DNA of 64,000 nt from Heterodontus francisci (Eukaryota). Positions within the stretch are counted from its first letter, which is position 1; the number at the start of each line of letters is the position of its first letter. Under the pieces are notes generated by a model. That model had not been told where the DNA came from, ran no database searches, and saw only the letters and a program-made list of their open reading frames with translations. The position numbers were made by a program, and so were the translations under genes. Positions 50,191 through 62,995 of the stretch are shown here, piece after piece. The stretch is from contig NC_090382.1 of NCBI RefSeq assembly GCF_036365525.1, positions 110,580,372-110,644,371 of the forward strand, in the 5' to 3' direction.

Positions 50191-52255
50191 TTTCTGCGTT
50201 ACCGCAGTGACTACAACTCAGAAGTACTTAATAGGCTATGAAATGCTTTGGGACATCCTGCATTCATGAAAACTTCTATATAATGCAAGTTCTTCCATTC
50301 ACACCCTTCTCTTTCATTCAAGGTTCGATAAAAATTTTGAGTTCAGTTTTAATGTACATTATTCTTTGCTGTCACAATAACACAAAACTCAATTTCCCAT
50401 GAATCAAAGGGAGAAAGAAATTAAAAAATAGTCAAATTGCAATTCAATGTAAGGGCTAAAATGATGGCCTGTGGTATAGACATCTCACTACATAATCAGC
50501 ATATCTTAACATGTACAGTCACTCCAGTAAGACCATTGAGACCAGTTGGTGGGCTATAATAGATTTACTGGTCAGCATGATAACACACAGGCTGAGAAAG
50601 GCAGGGAATTCAAATAGGTTTAGAAAATAGGTGAATTTGAGACTTGCTTTCAAGGACTCAATGTAGTAGATGGTTCACATCAAGAGGTAGGTATGCACAA
50701 ACCAATCCCCAGGATTATGCTGTCGCTTCATTCATTAGCACATCATATTGCAGTTCTATAAATCCCACTCAGATGCGATAGCTGCTCTTAACTGAAACCA
50801 CTGTTGTTATATGTGAAGCAATATTCATCAGAATCTTGGATAAGCTTGAAAATGACAGCTTTAGTGGTTGAGTCATTTTGTACAGGGTAAGGTATTTGTC
50901 TTAATAATTATTTCAAAATCAGCTCCCTTTTGGTATTTCCACACAATTTCAAACAGTGATCCATCAAACTTCCAACATGGATGACTCTGGGACAGCTTTA
51001 CTGGCATAAAACAAATTCTATCCAACATTTGAGCTTATAACAACTTTATTTCTCCTTTTCAGAGAAATAATGCACTTGTTGTCTTCAATGTTGTTTGGCT
51101 CGAGTGTCGGTATATGACCTGTGTAGGTTTTGTCTCATTAAAATTAAGTCTCGAAACCGTGTTCTCTGTCCTTACTGTCACACATAAATCTTTTAAGAAG
51201 GAAGAGGCTGGGCAATTTTACAGCCCTCTCAGTGAAGCTCTTCATTGTCGTTTATTGGTTGCCCCCCCCCACCGCCACCCCCCCACCCCCGCTTCACTCA
51301 GAGGTTGTACTTTCTTTGGTGAATATTGAAGGTATAAAAGCTGCCTTTGATAAAGAAATTGCTTCTGGTTTTAATGCTAGTTCTACCTCAGAGTTACTAC
51401 CTTACGATCTTATCTCCCACTGAAACAGATAAATTGGGAAATTGCGATTCAGAGCTGTACAAAACTTGTTTATTACACTGCATGTTTAATTTTGAACCTA
51501 GGGATGTTATATTCCTGTAGCTTTGGAGGGAGATTTTTATATATTATGAGATAACTCATGGTTTGGCAGTTCTGTTTCAATCAAAAGCCAGTTTTCTCGC
51601 TTGCGTTATAAAACTAGGTTGGGAAATATTATGTGACAATGTCTGCAGCATAGAAATGGGCTTGTGGACTTGAGGTTGCTATCAGATCAGCCATGATCTT
51701 GTTGAACAGGCTTGAGGGGCCAAGTGGCCTACTCCTGCTCCTAATTCGTATGTTTGTATGTTAGTTCAGTTTCACTTTCGATTGTTCCAAATTTAAGTCG
51801 TATGTCTCTTCCCAGGAAAAGGAAGGGAGGAAAGTAGAGAAAATGATTTTGAAACAACTTCTGTAAATTGTGTGCAATAGCAATGATGAGACATGCTTGA
51901 CTTTGGGTATCATTTTCCAAGGTATTAATCCTCCCAGAAATTGAGAATCTGTCCCAGCACCAAAGGCCATTTTATTTCTGTCTAATTAAAAGTAAAGGTT
52001 CTTTTCAAAAATTTATGTGGGTTTTAATCAAAGGCATTTTATGTGCCATAATCTAAAAGAAGAACAGTGAAAATAATTGTGATTAAATTCTAGGAAAGGT
52101 TGTATTTTTATTAGCCTTGCAGCCAGGTAACCTTCTTTACCTGATCTGAGAGATAATGTGGGATATTTGCAGTCAGAGAGAAACTGTAGTGTATACTTGA
52201 AAATCAGGGAATTATGCAGACCCCAAACACTAACTAAAATCTTCGCTAAAATATA

Positions 52256-52986
52256 GGGCTGGATTTTGCTCTTCCCCCACGCGTCGGGTTCCGTGGCGCG
52301 GGGGTGGGGGGCGCTGAAGATGCTTCCGAGAAAGGGCCGCCAAGTACCCCGACGCTGGGAGGGTCCGGGCCGATATTACAGGCGGCGGCAAGGCCTCATG
52401 GTGGTCCCCCAGTGCTCAGCGACAGGACACCAATTTGAATATTTAAATAAATTAAAATAAATGAATTAATGGAGTTCATGATGTCCTGCTGCGATCTTCG
52501 GCCCGCTGGCTGGCACTCCCGTGCCTTCGGAACTCTGTCCTAGGAAATGAAGCACCACACTGGTGGGGAGGGCAGAGGAGATAGGTTTATCAGTGTGGGA
52601 CGGGGGGAATGGGGTCAAATTAATGTCATAGGTGCGGGGGACGGTAGGAAGGGTATAAGTTGTAGGTTTGTGCAGTTTGGGGGTGGGGAAGGTCAGATGA
52701 TAAAGGTAAGTGTTTTGGGGGAAGGGCAAACAATTAATTTAATTGTTGTGGAGGGGGTGGGAGAGGGGCAAAAGAAATGTATTTATTTATTTTAATTCAC
52801 TTTACCTTTAAATATTTAAATTAGCCGATAGGTCAAACAGCCCTTTAAAAATGGCGTCAGCGCCTGTACACGTCAGCGGCCTATTTAAATGAGCCACCGT
52901 GCAAAGAATCACAGCGGCTCTGTGACTGAGCTGCTGTTTTTATCGTCCGCTGCTGAAATCGGCGGCAGGCACATAAAATGTAACCC
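52256..52986. mobile_element. Harbinger-type MITE
   Basis: TIRs gggctggattttg / taaaatgtaaccc; 3-bp TSD ATA. Confidence 0.75.
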
Positions 52987-53748
52987 ATAATGAACCTATA
53001 AAAATGCTGCTAGATATATGACGATAGGTGCAATAGGTAAGGCTGCATCTGTCGACCTCATGACCAAGATTAGGTGACTACCTTTTTTTCAAAAAATATA
53101 CTCTGTCCATAAAATTTGTAAAAGTACATTACATAACAGTTCAAAATTGACATTAAATAAAGTGCAATTTTGTTCAATTTCTATCAATACAATATGTGGC
53201 AAATTGAGGTGCCTCACTACACTTACAGGTCGGAATTTTACCTACTTTAATCGGTAATCTGGCGTTCGATGACGTTGGGCTGGGTCCCCGACATCATCAT
53301 GCACTGACGCCATTTCACGATCCAGGAAGTCAGGCGCGAACGAGTCGCTGCTTGCACGTCCAACCGCAAGTAATTCCAAAGCACTTAAAGCAGTTGAGAA
53401 GCCAATTTACTGGAAGTTTATGTGGGCCATTTGATTTTCCGGCCGTTAATCGGGCCACTGATCGTGTCGGGGACCAGGCAGCTTTAAAAGGGCGGAAGGC
53501 AGGCCATCAGTGAGGGTGTTGGAGGTAAAGATTTTGGTGCTGCTTATCTGTGAGAGTTTTTGTGTTTCATGTAAATGTTGACATCTGTAGCTTGTGCAGA
53601 GGCCCCAACTGAGTCTGACTCACTGCAGCTCGGGACCTATCTGTCCTGAGTCAGTGAGTGGAAGGATTGGGGTTGTGTGTGCTTGCCCTGACAGTCAGAG
53701 CATAAGAGATTTAAACTTTGAATCTGGTAACCAGTCCAACAATGGGAA

Positions 53749-54948
53749 TTGTGCATTGTGGAGGCAGCACTTCAGAGGAGGAGGACCGTGCCCCAATCCG
53801 GGACAGAAGGACAGCTGGGCATGGGCATGCGCAAGCAGCTGGTCAAGTGGCTCCTCGTTATGTGGGAGGGAGAGAAGGTGGCAGAGTCAGGTGAGAGCGA
53901 ACACATGAGAGGAGATGTGCCTACCAACAGGCAGGTATACCAACCGCGTCTGAGCTACCTGCAGCTGTCTGAACGCCAGTGCAGAAGAAGGCTGCATCTG
54001 TCACGTGAGACCGTGACATTGCTCTGTGAGATGGTGGCAGTGAATGTAGCCTCAAACTGTCTCGGTGGCCATCCAATGCCGGTCACTCTAAAGGTGACCA
54101 TTGCCCTTAACTTTTATGCATGTGGCTCTTTCCAAGCTTCAAAGGCGGAGTCTCCCAAGCAGCTGCGCACCACTGCATAAAGGTTGTGACTGATGCACTG
54201 TTCAGACATGCAAACATTTTCATTAATTTCAAAATGGACAGCACCAGCCAGGCTGAACGACCAACAGGATTCATTGCAATAGCTTGGTTCCCAATGGTTC
54301 AGGGCATGATAGACTGTACGCATGTGGCAATTAGATCTCCAGCAGGCCATTCAGGGACATTCATCAACCGAAAAGGCTTCCATTCATTGAACGTTCAGCT
54401 TGTATGCTATCATTGGAAGAGAATCATGCAGGTTTGTCCACAGTACCCACGATGCATACATTCTCAGAAACTCTCAGGTTCCTGCTCCTTTCAGTCCCCT
54501 GGACAGACTGGAAGGTTGGATAATTGGCGTTAGGGGTTATCCTCTGAAGACATGTCTGATGACACCCGTGAGAATCCCGAGGAGTCATGCTGAGGAATGC
54601 TTCAATGAGAGCCATGTGGCCACAAGAGTGACAATCAAACAAATGATTGGCCTGCTCAAGATGAGATTCAGGTGTCTGGACTGCTCAGGTGGATCACTGC
54701 AGTACGCGCCAGCATGGGCATCCAGGATTATTGTCGTTTACTGCACCTTGCATAACCTGGCGATGGAAAGGGGAGACATCATTGAGGTGGTTCAAGGTAA
54801 CCGTGAGGCATCATCAGATGAAAATGGAGTTTCTGATGAAGACGATGGGCAATATCCACATGATGGCATGGTAGAGAAAGCAGAATATCCTCTGGAATTA
54901 AGAGCAAGAGAGACCTGGGGTGCCCTAATAGGCAGGCATTTCTCTTGA
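53749..54948 (+). pseudogene. Harbinger (HARBI1-like) DDE transposase, frameshifted
   Basis: KVTIALNFYACGSFQ, FPMVQGMIDCTHVAI, NRKGFHSLNVQLVC, HDAYIL, WIIGVRGYPL, IGLLKMRFRCLD, CTLHNL over three frames; two catalytic-motif positions look mutated. Confidence 0.9.
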
Positions 54949-55249
54949 GAGGATCACTCCATGCAAGGATTTCACATTGGGGCATGCACTGAGCCATTGT
55001 GGGATTGCAAGAGGGAAAAGACACACACATTCAAAGGAAGAGATGATCAGATTAAAAACATCATGTCATGATGAACCCAACCCAAGTGTGTGTCATCTCA
55101 TACATAACCGCGTGAGCAGCGCAACGACGTTTGATGCTACCTCATGGATGACATATGCAAAGTTAAATGTTCAAACCACAGTTTATTTACAGTGATGTAA
55201 TGTGCAATTTAAATAAATAATCGGAAGGTAACCCAGTGAATCAGGAGTG

Positions 55250-56488
55250 ATGTTACTGTGATTTCTTGCAGGTGCTCCTGCGTGTGGACGATCCCTCGCC
55301 ACGGGACTCACCAGAGGCAGGTGGCTGATCGGACTGCCGCCCTGCTCTTGATGACTTTGGTGGATATCCTCTGCCTGCTCGCAGCCGTGCAGGCCGTCGT
55401 ATCTAACACCCAGGGGGTTTGCGGTTGACATGTCACTAGCAGAGGGAGCAAGGGGCTGCACGATGCATCAGGAGCGCCCTGAGAGGAGTTCCCATGTGTT
55501 ATCGACTGCTGCCCCTGTGCCCTCCTGAGGCTTGACTGGTCCTCAAAGCTGACCTCAGAGGGATGAGCAGCCTCGACCTGCCGCATGCAGTTTTATTAGC
55601 ACCACAGATTGAAGCACATGTCCCTTACTGCAGTCTGCACACGTTTGTGTGAATCAACTTTTATTAGCACAGTTAAGGGCATGAGACAACCATCACTTCA
55701 ACTGCCCCCCCAACCACCATGCACCCCCCCCCCTCGTCACCCTCCCACCACATTATGGGTCACTCACCCTGATGACCAGGGCTACCAACCTCGCCATCTG
55801 CCATGGCACCCGACAGGGCGCGCACGGCCGGCTGCAGCAGTGGATTTGGGGACGTGGCCAACCTTGCATCCTCCATCCTCCCCTGCCAGCACCAAGGCAT
55901 CCTCCTCAGTACTTGTCAGGTATGCCTGATTGCCCTGGCCACCACCGAACCGGGACCTCTCTCAGGCATTGTGAGTCCTCTTCTCCTATTTAAACAAGCA
56001 CACCTAGTTTAGCCATATGATTTGGTCTCGCACACCCTCACCCATTGGGTTTGTTGTTCCATTTCAGCAATGCAGTGCCCAATTTGAACACTATTGGATC
56101 ACCATGCATCCCAGACCTGCCCATCTTGCATCCCAGTAGAATGCAGCTGGCAAGAACTGCTCATTGCTGGTTTCCACCTTGCATCGTTATGATAGACTGA
56201 CCCTTCCCTGACACATTCACAATGAGATCAATGAGGAGTACCCCGTACCCGGGCAGAACGAAGCAGCTCATTGAACCGCTTGCGGCACTGGAGCCATGCC
56301 CTCCGAACCACACAGCAGCTGCTGACTTCTTCGGTGACCTCCAGCCAGGCCCTCTTGGTCAATCCTGTGGGCCTTTTTCGGCCATCAGCATTGAATAGTA
56401 TGTTCTGCCTTGCCTCCACCACCTGGGGAAGGATCTGCAGAGATACCTCTGCGAATCTGGGGGCTGTGGTGAACCGTCTCCCCTCCAT
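55250..56488 (-). pseudogene. Harbinger Myb/SANT-like DNA-binding protein, spliced (exon 1 56488-56249, exon 2 55985-55768, later exon ~55590-55250)
   Basis: MEGRRFTTAPRF..KRAWLEV..WLQCRKRFNELLRSAR|EKRTHNA*ERSRFGGG; GT/AG sites present; stop codon and frameshifting insert in exon 2. Confidence 0.8.
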
Positions 56489-57577
56489 CGCTCTGGATTT
56501 CATCTGCAAATGTTTGCCCCTTTCCTGGGGACTGTCAGTCTTTCTTCACTTCTTCACGTTTCAGTCAGCTGGTCACCTCGGCAGTTACACTGACAACTCC
56601 TCCTCCGCTGTATTCCCCTGAGCGTCTGCTCCATTGTACTGCTGTCTGCCCCCAAATCTCTGGACTGCTGTCTGCATTTTTACAGTGCTGACATTGGCCA
56701 AGCCCCCAAATCCACTGCTGCAGCCGGCCGTGCGCGACATGTCGGGTGCCGACTACGCTGAAGGACCGCTAATTGGCAGCCCCGCGCATCATGCCAGAGG
56801 GCTGGTGACGCAGAGCAGATTCGGTTTTCTGGGCCGCTTCTGACCCGGCTGTCCCAGAGTTGCCGGCAGCCATAAAATTCCGGCCTCAATTACAGGTTAT
56901 GATTACAATATACATTTCATGTCCAGCATAAAGCCCGAGCAGTTTTACGTGAGTTTTGGTTCTGGCCACTTGTTGTACTATGACGGGAGGGCCTTAGACC
57001 TTTCCCCATTGAGCCTTTGTGGTGGCTGGCACAAGCTTTAGTGCATCCCTCTGCACATAGTCCTGGACCTTGGAGTGTGCCAGTCTGCAACACTTGGATA
57101 GTTCTTTGCACTGGAAGGCTAACAAGTTTCGGGCAGACAGAATTGATGGCCCTCCAGCAGCAGTTGATGTTTGCCTTTGTGTCTGTCTCTGGGAACAGCC
57201 TGTAGAGCACAGAGTCCTGAGTTATGGAGCTGCTCAGGGTGTACCTTGACAAAAAACTACTGGATCCCTTTCCAGACCTTCTTTGCAAAGGCACAATACT
57301 CTCTACTTTAAAGATGTTCAATACATAATCAATCATATCCTCAAGAAAAATTGGCTGTGGTATTATTCTCTTTAGTCTTGGGACTGTTTTTATTTTTGAG
57401 TGAATCTGAACACATTGAGTATAGCAGGCCTTCACTAACTGTCTTATCTCTACTATATTCTTCTCCCTCTGCAGTTAAGAATCCAGTCCCTTTTATTATA
57501 TGGCGATTGTAAGATTATTTGTAATGCCAAGATAGCTAGTGATAGCTCATTAAACATGCTAATTCATCCACACTTGT

Positions 57578-58500
57578 GCAACAACAATTTGAGTTTATAT
57601 AGTGCCTTCAATGTAGTAAAATGTCCCAATACACTTCACAGTGTAATTTAACATGAGCCAGATAAGAAGATATTAAAACAGATGTCCAAAAGCATCTTAA
57701 TGGAGGAAGGAGAGGTAGAGAGGTGGAGAGGTTTAGAGAGCGCATTCCAGACTACATATCCGTGCCATATTTAGGGTTTGGCAGCTGAAGGCAAGGCCAA
57801 CAATGGCAGAGCAATTAAAATCAGGGAAGCTCAAGTGGTCAGAATTGAAGGAGCACAGATATCCCAGATGGTTGTAAGGCTAGAGGAAGTTACAAAGGTA
57901 GGGAGGAATGAGGCCATGGAGGAATTTGAAAACAAGGATGGGAATTTTAAAATTGAACTGTAGTTTAACTGGGAGCCAATGTAGGTTAGCAAGCACATGG
58001 GTGATAGGTGAACAGGACTTGGTATGATCTAGGATAGGGGCAGTAAAGTTTTAGATGAGTTTAAGTTTATGAAAGGTGGAAGATAGGAGGCCAGCCAAGA
58101 ATGCAATGGAATAGTCAAGTCTAGAGTTAACAAAGATATGGATGACGGTTTTAGCAGTAAATATGGGGAGTGGACAGGAAAGTGGAGTTGAGGTAGAAGA
58201 TCAGCCATGATCATATTGAATGGTAGAGCAGGTTCGAAGGGCCAAATGGTCTACTCCTGCTCCTGTTTCTTATGCTCTTATGAAGCAGGCGCAGAGTTGG
58301 GCAATGTTATGATGGAAATAAATGATTTTAGTGATAACGTGGATCTGTATTTGGAAGCTCATCTCAGGGTCAAATATGAGACCAAAATTGTGAATAGGCT
58401 GGTTCAGCCTCAGACAGTTGCCAGGGAGAGAATGGAGTCGGTGGCTACAGAGCGGAAGGGAGGTTATGGCGGGAAGCAAAGACAATGGCTTCTGAAGCAT
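57578..58500 (-). mobile_element. L2 3' fragment with a small CR1 tail insert (~58165-58280)
   Basis: Colinear with 40115-41463 and 44416-45260. Confidence 0.75.
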
Positions 58501-58855
58501 TCTAAAACAATTTAATTCAGCAGCAGATAATCTGGGGCAGTGGCAGAGTCAGGCAATGTCACAAGCTTAGAGATATTGACCTACAATTTACCTTTTGCTC
58601 AAATAAAGGCCCTGGCCATTTCTAGATAATAAGCAATGAAACTGAAATTTTCCTCTCATGTAGTTAGTCTTGGGTGTTATACCAGGTGGCCCAATTTTTC
58701 TAAACGCTCCAGATTTTTGAATGTTCTCATGGTGAAGAGACAGCTTAACCTTAAAGCATTTTAGTGCTGTTCTCTTAAGAAGATAAGAAATGGGAGCAGG
58801 AGTAGGCCATATGGTCCCTCAAGCCTGTTCCCCCCCGCCCCCATTCAATAAGGTC

Positions 58856-59196
58856 AAGTGGCACAGTGGTTAGCACTGCAGCCTCACAGCTCCAGCAACC
58901 TGGGTTAGATTCTGGGTACTGCCTGTGCGGAGTTTGCAAGTTCTCCCTGTGTCCGTGTGGGTTTTTGCCGGGGGCTCCGGTTTCCTCCCACAGCCAAAGA
59001 CTTGCAGGTTGATAGGTAAATTGGCCATTATAAATTGCCCCTAGTATAGGTAGGTAGTAGGGGAATTGAGGGAAGGTGGGGATGTGAGAGGGTAATGGGA
59101 TTAATGTAGGATTAGTATAAATGGGTGGTTGATGGTCGGCACAGACTCGGTGGGCCGAAGGGCCTGTTTCAGTGCTGTATCTCTAAATAAATAAAA
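58856..59196 (+). mobile_element. V-SINE (HE1-like) inserted in a minus-strand CR1 tail (58775-59400)
   Basis: Full head, V domain and 3' end; (AAAT)n tail. Confidence 0.9.
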
Positions 59197-59882
59197 ATGG
59201 CTGATCTTTTTCCTCAACTCCAGTTTCCTGTCATATCCTCATATTCCTTGATTGCCTTAATGTCCAAAAATATCAGTCTTGAATATATTCAATTTTTAAC
59301 CATCTACAGGACTCTGGGGTAGAGAATTCCATGATTCACAACGCTTTGAATGAAGACATTTCTTCTCTTCTCAATCCTAATGACCAACCCCTTATTCTCT
59401 GCCTCTGGGCCATTTGTCCATTTCAGATTAAACCTTCTCAGACATGGAGGTACACTTTCAACTTACTGCTTGGGCATAAACCTGGCATTGCTCTTCTAGC
59501 TACCTATAATAGAAACCACCAGATCTTCATTTCTCAAACAGTTTCTATAAAAGGTGGTTGATCTGTAATGTCTAAATTGCATCCAGACAGTAAGTTGAAA
59601 ATCTACCCATGGTCTCAAACAGGCCTACTTTTTATTTGAATATTAGGTAGTGGAAGAATTGGATCAAAATAGGCACAGTTGTAATCAGGGCCCAATGTTT
59701 CCTAAACTGACACAGGTGTTTTCTGGAAGAATTGAAAACTTAAGATAAATTGTACTTAGCTAATATGGACAAATCACATGTTCTATAGCCTAATATATGC
59801 ACCAACAAACTAGTTTTAGACAGAATGGTAACTTTGCATTTGAATTTATGCAGCCATGCAGCAGAGATCTGAGCAATGACAA

Positions 59883-61600
59883 TGTAACAGACTCTGAGGG
59901 CTCCATAGACAAAGGAAATAGTGTATGAAACTTTGCCATTGATATTCTGTGCAGATTGATAATTGAACATTAATTGTGTTTAATTGTATGCAGATGCTGG
60001 GCATTAACTGGGGATTCAGTTGTGCCCCTATAAATAGACACAGACTGAAACTGTGCTTGTTGGCTTAGGAGATGTATGCTTATAATGTGTAATTCTGCAA
60101 ATTAATGTTTATAAAAGTGTGTAAAGATTGGCACCAGTTCTATCCTTTATCGACTGGTTTTCTGGACCATAACATAGTAGCAGAGGAAGGTTGCCTGAAA
60201 GTAAAGGTTAGAAACTAAGCAAAAAACAAACAGAAAACTTAAATCCTCGTGACCATTATGGAAAATGGCAGAAAGCAAGTGTGAATTGTTGAGGTATGAT
60301 TACCCTCCAATGTTCTCAGAGTCCGAACCATATGACTAGTGGATATGTGAACATGGGTTAGGTTTTTATTCTTTCATGGGATGTGGGCATCACTGGCAAG
60401 GCTAGCATTTGTTGCCCATCCCTAATTGCCCTTGACAAATGAGTGGCTTGCTAGGCCATTTCAGAGGGCAGTTAAGAGTAAATCACATCGCTGTGGGTCT
60501 GGAGTCACATGTAGGCCAGACCAGATAAGGATGGCAAATTTCCTTCCCTAAAGGACATTAGTGAATCACATGGGTTTTTATGACAATCAATGATAGTTTC
60601 ATGGCACTATTACTGAGACAAGCTTTTAATTCCAGATTTTTTTATTAATTAAATTTGAATTCCACCAGCCGCCGTGGCGGGATTTGAACCCATGACCCCC
60701 AGGGCATAGGCCTCAATCTCTGGATTACTAGATCAGTGACATTAGCACTACGCCATCATTTCCCTCATTCCTACCAAAGAGGAAGCAAGTTATGGCCTTG
60801 GCATTGTCCTTTCCTACAAGAAGTATGATCTGAAGTAAAGGATTTTGTGAGATGAATGCCTGTCAGTTGGATGGTGATGAAGCTTTGGACCGTCTATAGT
60901 GTTCTTGGATGAAATAACAAGAAAGATGATTGTTAAATGCTTATGAGGCAAGGTCAGACTTTGATAAATTAAAAAAAAAAGTGATCATTCCATGGAAGAA
61001 TATATTATGGACTTTAACAGATTTTATAAAAGATTGATCAAGTTCAATTTGGGGATCCCTGGATCAGTACTATCATTTAAATTGCTGGATTGTGCTAAGG
61101 TGCCTCATGTGGACCAGTTATTTGTTCTAACGGGTGCTCAGATCAGATGTTTGCTTCCTTGAAAAAATCCTGTGTGAACAGTCATTTCCTTCAGCTTTCA
61201 TGGAACAAATGGAACATTCCATGGTGACAAGAACAGAGGACTCAATGATTTCCAGACTTCAAAATGCTCCAGATAGTGGATGCAGGCATCAATACAATAG
61301 AAGGATTAAGACAGGCAGAATGAGGATGAAAAAGCTCCTTTAGCAGATCTGGCTATTACAGCAGAAGACAAAATTGGAACAGCAAGAATAGACAAATGAA
61401 TCCTAGAAATGCTCAGGGACAGTTATTAGGTGTTTCAGATGTGACTCAGAGTATCATTATGTAGTGAGCTGCCCAAAGCGGAGAGGCAGAATCCTTGAAA
61501 TGATACGTGAGGAACAGGATGAAGATAATGATGAATCCGAACAAATTATACTCGGCAACAAGGAGTTTTAGTCTTGTGATGAATGTGTTAGTCGCAGACT
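59883..61600 (+). mobile_element. LTR retrotransposon 5' part (Copia, GalEa-like): 5' LTR 59883-60174, PBS, degenerate gag
   Basis: TG...CA LTR with TATA; PBS tagtagcagaggaaggtt is 16/18 complementary to the tRNA-iMet 3' end; gag YPPMFSESEPY, MEEYIMDFNRFYK, VLSFKLLD; knuckle CFRCDSEYHYVVSC at 61431-61472. Confidence 0.75.
60362..60765 (-). mobile_element. tRNA-derived SINE sharing its 3' end with the second CR1-type family
   Basis: B-box ggttcaaatcc on the minus strand; tail caagggcaattagggatgggcaacaaatg matches 28655-28815; older fragment at ~7845-8045. Confidence 0.75.
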
Positions 61601-61762
61601 CAACAACAAGATGGCAAATGGAGAATAATATAGGGAAGTGTGAAGTTGTTCATTTTGGTCATAAAAATAGAAAAGCAGAAAATTTTTTAAAAGCTGTGAA
61701 ACTGGTAAGTGTTGATGTTCAGAGAGACTTGGGGGTACTCATACAAGGAAGGCACAAAGTTA

Positions 61763-62995
61763 TGTCATGCAGGTCCCCACCTGCCAAGGATAAGGCATTA
61801 TTCATTTTGCCATATGGACATAAATTTTCAATTTGTTGCTGGGAAGAAGATTTGTTGTTGGGCGGCGCAGTGGTTAGCACCGCAGCCTCACAGCTCCAGG
61901 GACCCGGGTTCGATTCCGGGTACAGCCTGTGTGGAGTTTGCAAGTTCTCCCTGTGTCTGCGTGGGTTTTCTCCGGGTGCTCTGGTTTCCTCCCACAAGCC
62001 AAAAGACTTGCAGGTTGATAGGTAAATTGGCCATTATAAATTGTCACCAGTATAGGTAGGTGGTAGGGCAATATAGGGACAGGTGGGGATGTTTGGTAGG
62101 AATATGGGATTAGTGTAGGATTAGTATAAATGGGTGGTTGATGTTCGGCACAGACTCGGTGGGCCGAAGGGCCTGTTTCAGTGCTGTATCTCTAATCATA
62201 ATCTAATCAGAAGGTCTGTTACAAGGACTGCTTGGCCCCTGGCTGGAAAGACATTTTTGCATATTAACAGACACTATATGGAACAAAGGAGCTATCCCCT
62301 GCTTCAATACAATCCACAAACAGACATGGTCAAACCAGTCAGCCACATGACTAACCTGCTTGGCAGTCTGGGTTTATTTCTCTGAATTGTAGCGTTTTGA
62401 ACTGAGAGCTGGGAGAAAGCTGTTTGCTTCTGGATTGAAAAGATCTCTCCTGGCTGGCTCACCACAGCCTCTCCTGTCTGCACCCATCTCTTTTGCATGA
62501 AACTCCAAATCCACTGAAGACACATGAACCCCAAGAGAGAGAAGTCTCCTACAGCGAATAAGATTTAAGAAGAATACTGGGCCCCAACGAAAAGCAAGAT
62601 CTACCCACAATAAAGGACATTATAGTGAGTTTGAAGAACCGTAACACAAAAAACCTCCTCAGTTATTGCCTCAAACTTTTCCACTTTATTTCTTTTGTTT
62701 TCTTTCTGTCTCTATCTGCATGTGTGTATCGCATGGGCATGCTATGTGGGTGCATCGTGTATCTGTAGGCGTTAATCAAATTAGAGTTTAAGTTTAATAA
62801 AATTTCACTTTTCTTCTCTAAACCTGAGAAAACCTGATATGCTGGTTTCTTTGCCTTATAATTGGAAAGCAGTGAACAAGGATTCACCAAGGGAGAGCTA
62901 AAAACACAGTGTATTTAAAATTTAAACCCTGTTACAGTAAGACCAGGTGAAGGCTGAAAGGGAACCCTAGACCTCTTTCTCAACTGGTCGCAACA
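61763..62995 (+). mobile_element. Solo LTR with 4-bp TSD
   Basis: TGTCATG...CAACA termini; GTTA on both sides; AATAAA near 62796; host CR1 restored on removal. Confidence 0.88.
61861..62208 (+). mobile_element. V-SINE (HE1-like), full length and CpG-retaining
   Basis: A box tggttagc, B box gggttcgattcc, V domain, CR1-like tail. Confidence 0.92.

Larger units (their letters stand above)
53228..56885. mobile_element. Complete (defective) Harbinger/PIF DNA transposon with two convergent genes
   Basis: TIRs ggtcggaatttta / taaaattccggcc; 3-bp flanks aca/tca; transposase on +, Myb/SANT on -. Confidence 0.92.
53083..57245 (-). mobile_element. Tx1/L1-type LINE 3' end (53083-53227 and 56886-57245), split by a Harbinger
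   Basis: SSITQDSVLYRLFPETDTKANINCCWRAINSV..CCRLAHSKVQDYV..AQWGK; A-rich end on the minus strand. Confidence 0.6.

Noticed and set aside
51063-51329. Strong acceptor tttatttctccttttcag with an open phase-0 frame
   Set aside because: The peptide resembles no constant-region motif and runs through a C-rich tract; likely chance
59427-59561. Acceptor-like site followed by IKPSQTWRYTF, resembling the Pcdh-alpha constant exon 1 WRYS motif
   Set aside because: No GT donor at the expected ~59-bp length, similarity limited to three residues, and it abuts a CR1 remnant
61861-61925. tRNA gene
   Set aside because: tRNA-derived SINE head with no complete cloverleaf
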